A stretch of 32,086 bases of DNA from a virus. Of the stretch, positions 8,863 through 14,878 are shown piece after piece; position 1 is the stretch's first letter, and each line of letters opens with the position of its first letter. The stretch is from positions 1-32,086 of the IMG/VR virus record IMGVR_UViG_3300045988_121667, one strand, 5' to 3'. The notes under the pieces are model-generated. The model was not told where the DNA came from. It saw nothing but the letters and a program-made list of their open reading frames with translations, and did no database searches. The translations under genes were made by a program, and so were the position numbers.

Positions 8863-9138
8863 ATGGAACAGAAAGAATTAGTAGGAAAGAGAGTATTGGT
8901 TAGCCTTGGTGCCTTGCCGGGAGAAATGCAAGAACAACGCGTAACCGAACCGGTATTCGATAGGTTTTCAATTGCGGAAGTCGTGGGGTATGTCTCGAGT
9001 AACACACACCAGGTTATCATAGACGCCAAGTGCGCAGGGTGGAAGAACTCCTCTTTAAGAGATACGGACATAATAACGAAGAAGGCAGAAACGTACTGGC
9101 TTGTGAATTTAGATAATATTGTAGAAATTTTAAAATAA
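8863..9138 (+). CDS. Hypothetical protein (about 91 aa; track ORF starts at 8824)
   Basis: ORF in the track. The start was moved to ATG 8863 (MEQKELVGKRV...) because of the promoter box position. No recognisable domain. Confidence 0.55.
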   Translation: MEQKELVGKRVLVSLGALPGEMQEQRVTEPVFDRFSIAEVVGYVSSNTHQVIIDAKCAGWKNSSLRDTDIITKKAETYWLVNLDNIVEILK

Positions 9139-9145
9139 TAAGATT

Positions 9146-9559
9146 ATGAAAAAAGTATTAGTAGTTTTAGCAGTGTTGGCAATCGCAGTAGTAAACGTAT
9201 CCGCCCAGGTTACGAGTCAAGGTAAGCCCAATGTATTGAAGTCCTTCCGCATGGGAGTATGCAAGCTAATCGATACGAACGGTAGTATAACAATCGAGGC
9301 GCAAACGAGGGAAAGCGCTGACTATAATCTAATCATCCATCTTGGTACACCGGAAGAAGCCGAGGCTACATTGGCATCGCTTGCCGAGTATAAGCCGGCA
9401 AAGGGCGAAACGGTGAACCTTAACAACCCGGGCGATAATACCGCGTACTTCCAAAAACTTAACGGTACGTGGGTCATCGAAGAGAGAATAGGAAAGTATT
9501 TCAGCATAGCCGTTTCCCGTGGTGAATTACGAAAGATGGCGGAAGCGTTGGCAGAATAA
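9146..9559 (+). CDS. Secreted/periplasmic protein with cleavable signal peptide, function unknown
   Basis: The N-terminus MKKVLVVLAVLAIAVVNVSAQ-VTSQ has a positive n-region, a hydrophobic core and a VSA-Q cleavage-type site. There is no lipobox Cys. Confidence 0.65.
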   Translation: MKKVLVVLAVLAIAVVNVSAQVTSQGKPNVLKSFRMGVCKLIDTNGSITIEAQTRESADYNLIIHLGTPEEAEATLASLAEYKPAKGETVNLNNPGDNTAYFQKLNGTWVIEERIGKYFSIAVSRGELRKMAEALAE

Positions 9560-9587
9560 TGGGTATATAGCAATTTAAAAGATAATC

Positions 9588-10050
9588 ATGGAATTTAAGT
9601 TCATAGATTTATTCGCAGGCGTAGGCGGTTTTCATATCGCAATGAAAAGTGTTGGCGGAAGATGTGTTTTTGCCAGCGAGATAGACAAGTACGCGAGATT
9701 AACGTATGAAGCCAATTATAAAGACGAAGAGCCCTCCCTATTTTTGAAAGGCCGTAACGGAGAATACCCATACTTCAACGACGACATAACGAAGGTTGCC
9801 GCAGAAGACGTTCCAGCGTTCGATGTGTGCTGCGGTGGGTTTCCGTGTCAGCCGTTCTCAGTTGCGGGGCTTAAAAGGGGATTCGAGGACACGAGAGGCA
9901 CATTGTTTCTTAGCATAGCGAATCTAATAAAGGGAAAAAGTAGAAGCAGGCACGCCCCCCAAAGTCTTATTTCTCGAGAATGTTAAGGGTTTGAGGGGGC
10001 ACGACGGAGGAAATAGTAAAACAGCTATTAAGCAAAAAATAATCAGGTAG
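9588..10050 (+). pseudogene. Frameshifted and C-terminally truncated DNA (cytosine-5) methyltransferase remnant
   Basis: Frame A (9588-9986) encodes motif I FIDLFAGVGGF, motif IV GGFPCQPFS and TRGTLF. The +1 frame then continues VEAGTPPKVLFLENVKGLRGHDGG (motif VI ENV) and stops at TAG 10048-10050. The frames join at the A5 run 9935-9939. Motif VIII, the target-recognition domain and motifs IX-X are absent. Confidence 0.8.
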
Positions 10051-10113
10051 TCGGAGAACCTTTTTCAACCTCCGTTGTCTATTAAGCATATCAATTTTAA
10101 AGAAGAAAGGATT

Positions 10114-10314
10114 ATGAAAGGTGGAAATTTTGTAGAATTAACATTCGTGGTTAGAGGCGAATTGCAAGTAGAGTCTATTAACGTGGACCACATCAGCCGT
10201 ATCATGTACGTGGACGACAAGCCGTTTATCGGGCTGATAGGGCACACCTACACGCGCCAACTTACAGAAACAAGCTACGAGGACCTAATGAACGCTATTA
10301 ACCTGGAGGACTAA
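10114..10314 (+). CDS. Hypothetical protein (66 aa; track ORF starts at TTG 10075)
   Basis: First ATG of the ORF (MKGGNFVELTFVVRGELQVE...). No recognisable domain. Confidence 0.5.
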   Translation: MKGGNFVELTFVVRGELQVESINVDHISRIMYVDDKPFIGLIGHTYTRQLTETSYEDLMNAINLED

Positions 10315-10320
10315 AAGACA

Positions 10321-10479
10321 ATGGTACATATATTAAAAGTAAGGATAGTGATAGATAACGAGCCGCCAAGAACGGTGCACCCTACGGAGCAGGTTTTCGC
10401 TACCGTAGAGGACGCAAGAGAGTTTTTTAAATCAGAGTATAAGACAGAAAAAGTGATAATGTATTATGAGCAACGTTAG
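10321..10479 (+). CDS. Small hypothetical protein (52 aa, below the track cutoff)
   Basis: Read by hand: ATG 10321 ... TAG 10477-10479 (MVHILKVRIVIDNEPPRTVHPTEQVFATVEDAREFFKSEYKTEKVIMYYEQR). It exactly fills the gap between neighbours and overlaps the next start by 14 nt. Confidence 0.4.
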   Translation: MVHILKVRIVIDNEPPRTVHPTEQVFATVEDAREFFKSEYKTEKVIMYYEQR

Positions 10480-11182
10480 AGATTACAATGTAGGAAAGTC
10501 CGATTATAGCAGGCACGTAATACAACCCTGGGATATATGGCGTGAATATGACTTGAACCCCTGGGATGCGGACATAGTCAAGCGCGTATTGCGTACCAAA
10601 GAGGGTGAAGATAGAAAGCTGGACTACGAGAAGATTATCCATGTATGCCAGGAGCGTATCAGACAGTTAGCGGTCGAACGGGCTGATGCCATGGAGGAGA
10701 GCGACGAGCCCGATTATAAGACAGTTATCTGCCCTTCCGAAAAGGACAAGCCCGAATTTCGGTACGGCTGTGGCACAGAGTTTGACGGAGTCTATAGGGT
10801 GTATAGCGTTTTTCAGTCCGAGGGCAGTCCATATGCGTACCTTGGGCATGACGGCCTATGCCACGTGTATTTGGACCTCGGTTCGTCTCGAAAGTGGGAC
10901 TATTTTGAATATGATTGGATGCCGGGAAGAACCTTTGGTCTACATGGCATACCATTAGACAAGGAAGACCACGCATCGTCAATGGAAATCGGTAAGCACG
11001 GCTTAACGTACGGGAGGCACGCCTATATAATGACTCATGGCAGCCTATACCGTTACATGGACGTCACACCGAAAGGACACGTGTATGCGAGGTTTGAGGA
11101 CAACGGGAAATTCACCAAGGTAGTGACAGAGCATAAACTATTTAACGAAGCAATTCAATATGTCAAGGGAAATAATAAGTGA
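10466..11182 (+). CDS. DUF3310-domain protein with a long uncharacterised C-terminal extension
   Basis: The N-terminal ~65 aa (NVGKSDYSRHVIQPWDIWREYDLNPWDADIVKRVLRTKEG...DYEKIIHVCQERI) follow the DUF3310 pattern. The remaining ~170 aa are unrecognised. Confidence 0.65.
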   Translation: MSNVRDYNVGKSDYSRHVIQPWDIWREYDLNPWDADIVKRVLRTKEGEDRKLDYEKIIHVCQERIRQLAVERADAMEESDEPDYKTVICPSEKDKPEFRYGCGTEFDGVYRVYSVFQSEGSPYAYLGHDGLCHVYLDLGSSRKWDYFEYDWMPGRTFGLHGIPLDKEDHASSMEIGKHGLTYGRHAYIMTHGSLYRYMDVTPKGHVYARFEDNGKFTKVVTEHKLFNEAIQYVKGNNK

Positions 11183-11501
11183 AAAGGACTTGGAGCGCAC
11201 ATTCAGTGAGCAACTGAACAGGACAAAAAAAGTGTGGGTGATAAAGCTATTATCCACCTTTGTAAAGGGTTTGCCCGATAGAATGATTCTTTGCCAGGGT
11301 GGCTACGTAGGTTTTGCCGAGATAAAGACCACCGGGAAGAAGCCTACAAAGATACAAACGTATATCCACGGGAAGCTAAGGGCGCTCGGCTTCACAGTAT
11401 TCGTCATAGACGATTTGGAAAGCCGGGACATCGCGATAACCTTCTTCCTAAATAAGGTTAAGGAAATAACCAGGGTATCGCAAAGACCATTATCTTTGTG
11501 A
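11160..11501 (+). CDS. VRR-NUC domain nuclease
   Basis: Core GLPDRMILCQGGYVGFAEIKTTGKKPTKIQ...LGFTVFVID matches the VRR-NUC PD...(D/E)xK layout. Size (113 aa) and position next to the SNF2 helicase are typical. Confidence 0.8.
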   Translation: MSREIISEKDLERTFSEQLNRTKKVWVIKLLSTFVKGLPDRMILCQGGYVGFAEIKTTGKKPTKIQTYIHGKLRALGFTVFVIDDLESRDIAITFFLNKVKEITRVSQRPLSL

Positions 11502-11524
11502 TATCGGATTAAAAACAGGAAATC

Positions 11525-11761
11525 ATGAAAAAAGGAATCAAGAATGAGATTGAATATCGCTTGGGTCTGTACTTTAGCTTGAAAAGCGGAGCGATGTATG
11601 TACGCGATAAGAAGTACGGAGACAAGGAACACGTCATGAAACAACTCGAGGAGGATATAACCAGGTACGTTATCTTCCTTTCCCGTAAACGACTCGGAGA
11701 AATTCCCGAGGAAAGGGATTTCAAGGGCATCTGCGCGTGGTATCGAACCAAATTAATGTAA
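11525..11761 (+). CDS. Hypothetical protein (78 aa)
   Basis: ORF in the track, co-oriented, fills the gap. No motif recognised. Confidence 0.5.
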   Translation: MKKGIKNEIEYRLGLYFSLKSGAMYVRDKKYGDKEHVMKQLEEDITRYVIFLSRKRLGEIPEERDFKGICAWYRTKLM

Positions 11762-11765
11762 GGCG

Positions 11766-11966
11766 ATGGCAAAGTGTAATTATATAAAAGTGGAGGTGGC
11801 CTCACAGGGCTGCCATCTACAGACTAAGACAAACGGTATCACCGACAGGGATTTAAACGTAATGAGAAGCGCCCCGATACTGGACGTCATGCGTATAAGG
11901 TTAGAGCTGATGAGGTTAACAGGCCTATGCGAAAAGGTAATGAAGGAGGCAGGAGATGTTGGATAG
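11766..11966 (+). CDS. Hypothetical protein (66 aa)
   Basis: ORF in the track. Overlaps the SNF2 start by 11 nt (translational coupling). Confidence 0.5.
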   Translation: MAKCNYIKVEVASQGCHLQTKTNGITDRDLNVMRSAPILDVMRIRLELMRLTGLCEKVMKEAGDVG

Positions 11967-13353
11967 GTGCGATTTACACGAATACCAGGAGCGAGGTGTG
12001 AACCATATAATAGACAACGAGTATTGCGCCCTGTTCCTGGATATGGGTCTAGGAAAGACCGTCACCACATTGACCGCCATAAAGGAGCTTCTGGATAACT
12101 GCATCATAAGTAACGCCCTGGTTATCGCCCCGAAGAAAGTGACACAGGTGACATGGAGCGACGAGATAAGGAACTGGAAGCACTTGCAGGGTCTCACCAT
12201 CTCCGTGATTGACGGGACCGCCAAGCAGAGGCGCGAAGCGATGGCAGCCAAAGCCGATATATACGCGGTGAGCCGTGATAACATCGTTTGGCTCGTGCTG
12301 GAATGCGGAGGCGTCAGACTCCCCTACGATATGGTGGTCATCGACGAATTGAGCAGTTTCAAGAACCACGCCTCCAAACGTTTCCGGGCCATGCGTAAGG
12401 TACGTAAATTCATCCCTCGCGTTGTCGGTCTCACCGGGACACCGGCCCCCAACGGTCTGATAGACCTTTTCGCCCAGATGTACCTGATTGACGAGGGTCA
12501 AAGGTTGGGCAAGACAGTGACAGCGTACCGGGATAGGTTCTTCAGACCCGGGAAACGCAACGGTGACATAGTCTACACCTACGAGCTGAAGGCGCCCCAG
12601 GACGAAACGGAGCAGCAGATTAGCGACCTCATCAGTGACATAACGATATCGATGACGGCCGAGGACTATCTAAGGATGCCCGACAGGATTATGCTGTACG
12701 ATTATGTAGACCTCCCCCCTAAGGTATTGGCGCTGTATCGTGACTTCGAGAAGGAACAGGTATTGGAGCTTGTAAACTCGGACGAACCGATAAGCGCGGC
12801 CAGTGCGGCGGCCCTATCGAATAAGCTACAGCAATTCGCGAACGGTGCGATATACGATGCGGAACGAAACGTCAAGGACCTTCACGACGAGAAACTGGAT
12901 AAGCTCGAGGAACTCGTAGAAGCCGCCAACGGTGAACCCGTTCTCATCGCCTATTCCTATAGGCATGACCTGGAACGCATCATGCAGAAGTTGAAGGCGT
13001 ACAGGCCCGTGAAGCTGGAGAGGCCCGAGCACATGACCGATTGGAATGCCGGGAAGATTCCCGTACTGGTCACACACCCGGCATCAGCCGGGCACGGTCT
13101 CAATCTACAGAAAGGCGGGCATAACATAATCTGGTTCGGTAATACGTGGTCCCTCGAACTGTATCAGCAGTTCAACGCCCGGTTGTGCCGCCAGGGACAG
13201 GGCAAGCCCGTCACCATCCACCATATAGTGACGCGTGGCACCATCGACGAGAAGATAATGAAATCACTCGACGGTAAGCGCGAGACACAGGACGGGTTGA
13301 TGGAGAGTATCAAGGAACTTATGGAATTCTATTCAAGGAAAGAGGAATCATGA
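11956..13353 (+). CDS. SNF2-family (SF2) DNA helicase/translocase
   Basis: Motif I DMGLGKT, motif II VVIDELSSF, motif III GLTGTPAPN, motif V HPASAGHGLNLQ, motif VI QQFNARLCRQGQ. Confidence 0.9.
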   Translation: MLDRCDLHEYQERGVNHIIDNEYCALFLDMGLGKTVTTLTAIKELLDNCIISNALVIAPKKVTQVTWSDEIRNWKHLQGLTISVIDGTAKQRREAMAAKADIYAVSRDNIVWLVLECGGVRLPYDMVVIDELSSFKNHASKRFRAMRKVRKFIPRVVGLTGTPAPNGLIDLFAQMYLIDEGQRLGKTVTAYRDRFFRPGKRNGDIVYTYELKAPQDETEQQISDLISDITISMTAEDYLRMPDRIMLYDYVDLPPKVLALYRDFEKEQVLELVNSDEPISAASAAALSNKLQQFANGAIYDAERNVKDLHDEKLDKLEELVEAANGEPVLIAYSYRHDLERIMQKLKAYRPVKLERPEHMTDWNAGKIPVLVTHPASAGHGLNLQKGGHNIIWFGNTWSLELYQQFNARLCRQGQGKPVTIHHIVTRGTIDEKIMKSLDGKRETQDGLMESIKELMEFYSRKEES

Positions 13354-13532
13354 CAGATAAGGAAGTCAGGCATATGACTCCGGGCGAGCGTATCGCCCAT
13401 CATGAAGGCCGGCAGGGCATGAACCATTCCGTGATTGACGGTTCCGTGTCCGCGGTGTATGAAAGGCAGGGGAGCGCCTTAAGACTTGTCTCCCGAGGTG
13501 ATAGTATTAACAATGTAACTGAAAGGATATGA
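13350..13532 (+). CDS. Hypothetical protein (60 aa)
   Basis: ORF in the track. ATGA overlap with the SNF2 stop. Confidence 0.5.
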   Translation: MTDKEVRHMTPGERIAHHEGRQGMNHSVIDGSVSAVYERQGSALRLVSRGDSINNVTERI

Positions 13533-13648
13533 TGGAAAAAGCAACAATGGTATTGATGTTCGTAATGCCGGTAGGCATTTACTTTCTAGGGTGTGTGGCA
13601 ACGGAGTCGTATATGGCAAAAAATATGATGGGATGGCTGAAACATTGA
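13529..13648 (+). CDS. Small hydrophobic (single-pass membrane) protein, 39 aa
   Basis: Read by hand: ATG 13529 overlaps the upstream TGA (ATGA). MMEKATMVLMFVMPVGIYFLGCVATESYMAKNMMGWLKH, stop TGA 13646-13648. Confidence 0.4.
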   Translation: MMEKATMVLMFVMPVGIYFLGCVATESYMAKNMMGWLKH

Positions 13649-13770
13649 TTAAGATAATAGCAGGGTTCACGGTGGTGTTTTTCATCATGGGTATCGTCGC
13701 GGTCCTTTGGCAGGTGGCGAAGTATATGGCAACCCGAGGAATGGGGGAGGACGAAGAATATGAGGATTAG
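13645..13770 (+). CDS. Small hydrophobic (single-pass membrane) protein, about 41 aa, TTG start
   Basis: Read by hand: TTG 13645 overlaps the upstream stop. (M)IKIIAGFTVVFFIMGIVAVLWQVAKYMATRGMGEDEEYED, stop TAG 13768-13770, overlapping ATG 13760. The non-ATG start makes this tentative. Confidence 0.3.
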   Translation: MIKIIAGFTVVFFIMGIVAVLWQVAKYMATRGMGEDEEYED

Positions 13771-14173
13771 ATTCATGGACCTGGCGGTGTGCCTCAACGT
13801 ACACACGTTCATCATATGGGAGTTCATAAGGCGGCACGGTCTCGAGAAGGGCGTCAAGAAGGATAGATGGGGGCGCGGCAGCGTGCCACCCCGGGAATGT
13901 CGCAAATGGATTGACAAGCTGGCGACCTATATAAGCGGGCATGACTTCACATATAAGCAGGAAGTGAACAAGAGGCAATACCTGTTCCGGGATGAAGCCA
14001 GGCGCAACGAGGAGATGCGGAACGAACAGGACGCTCCAAGGCGATACACCATAGACAAGGAAGGGAGGATAAGTCGGGCAACCCTTTTCTCCGACGGGTC
14101 CATGATGATTTGGCATTGGAGCGCTGACGGTTGGCAATTTGATAGGTGGGAAGGCGATAAGGTTACTAAATGA
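13760..14173 (+). CDS. Hypothetical protein (137 aa), last gene of the early module
   Basis: ORF in the track. Trp-rich C-terminus (MMIWHWSADGWQFDRWEGD). Followed by a terminator. Confidence 0.6.
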   Translation: MRIRFMDLAVCLNVHTFIIWEFIRRHGLEKGVKKDRWGRGSVPPRECRKWIDKLATYISGHDFTYKQEVNKRQYLFRDEARRNEEMRNEQDAPRRYTIDKEGRISRATLFSDGSMMIWHWSADGWQFDRWEGDKVTK

Positions 14174-14217
14174 TAGTACCCCTTACGAATAGCATATACC
14201 TTTAAAAAATGATAGCA

Positions 14218-14272
14218 AAAGGGCGGTTTCGGCTTACAAATAGTCAGAAATCGCCCTTTGTCATTATTTTTT
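14218..14272 (+). terminator. Rho-independent terminator closing the early module
   Basis: AAAGGGCGGTTTC (14218-14230) pairs with GAAATCGCCCTTT (14247-14259), giving 13 bp with one G-U pair and a 16-nt loop. T6 run at 14267-14272. Confidence 0.6.
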
Positions 14273-14360
14273 ATGAAAGCCTAAATCTTAAAAAGTGTTT
14301 AGATTGTTAACTGAAAAATGCTTACCAAAATGCGCACCGTGCTAACGTGTTGATAATCAA

Positions 14361-14740
14361 ATGTGGCAAGTAAAAAATATAGGCGTGGCACAGTCCTTGT
14401 CTCAATTAACTTGCTGATTCACAATATCGTTAACAGTCACTGTGCCAGGAAAAATATAGGGTGGCACAGCAAGTGGCACAGATAACTCACTGACCTATAT
14501 ATAGTTATCTATACTGTGCCACTAAATAGTATAAAATAGGTATAACACTTTATTTGGAAAAATATATGGTAATTGCAATGTAGAGATAGCAGTAATATGT
14601 ACTATTTATAAAACAAGTGTTAGAAAAATGCGTTTTGGCCGGCACAGTGGCACAATCGCTCTAACGGTCTGATACATAGCGCGTTATCTGTGCCACTTGG
14701 ACTGTGCCACCAGAAGCGTGTCTGGCACAGTAGGCAAAAA
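14361..14740. repeat. NCR-A iteron array: 8 exact TGGCACAG sites plus variants around an AT-rich palindromic core
   Basis: Exact sites at 14385-93(+), 14440-48(-), 14461-69(+), 14473-81(+), 14514-22(-), 14688-96(-), 14702-10(-) and 14722-30(+). Variants at 14639-47 and 14647-55. Inner inverted repeat TAACACTT (14543-50) / AAGTGTTA (14615-22). No ORF of 60 aa or more on either strand. Confidence 0.9.
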
Positions 14741-14849
14741 CGCTTGTAACTCCCTGGAGGACAGTGCGTTATCCGTGACAACCCCTACTTTGTAAAAGAT
14801 TTTTGATTTTCACGACTGATTGCGGGTTGGTTTGTGGCAGGAAGTTATG

Positions 14850-14857
14850 TACTTTTG
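14850..14857 (+). promoter_or_regulatory. Bacteroidota-type -7 promoter box TActTTTG (late/packaging operon)
   Basis: Exact TAnnTTTG match at the 3' edge of NCR-A, 22 nt upstream of ATG 14879. It lies inside the GTG-started track ORF (14834), which argues against that start. Confidence 0.5.
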
Positions 14858-14878
14858 CCCCACACCCTTAAGGGAATA

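Noticed and set aside
10004-10075. Inverted repeat ACGGAGG (10004-10010) / CCTCCGT (10069-10075) downstream of the methyltransferase remnant.
   Set aside because: The arms are only 7 bp, separated by 58 nt, with no T-run or promoter context. This is within chance expectation.
14386-14401. Sigma-54 (RpoN) promoter. TGGCAC-N5-TTGT at 14386-14400, and again at 31108-31122, resembles the -24/-12 consensus TGGCAC-N5-TTGC.
   Set aside because: The invariant -12 GC is GT in both cases. The other 11 TGGCACAG sites have unrelated sequence at the -12 position. Sites occur in both orientations, including orientations pointing away from all genes. The shared word is TGGCACAG(T), not a bipartite -24/-12 element.
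14361-14740. CRISPR array or other regular repeat-spacer structure in the two NCRs.
   Set aside because: The repeats are only 8-12 bp. They occur in both orientations, with irregular spacing (from 1-bp overlap up to about 180 bp). There are no cas genes.
14174-14878. tRNA or a known large structured ncRNA in the ORF-free regions (also 31026-31586).
   Set aside because: I could not fold any cloverleaf with a conserved T-loop (GTTCRANNC) or D-loop. The conserved elements are short words on both strands, typical of protein-binding DNA rather than RNA helices. This cannot be fully excluded without covariance-model searches.
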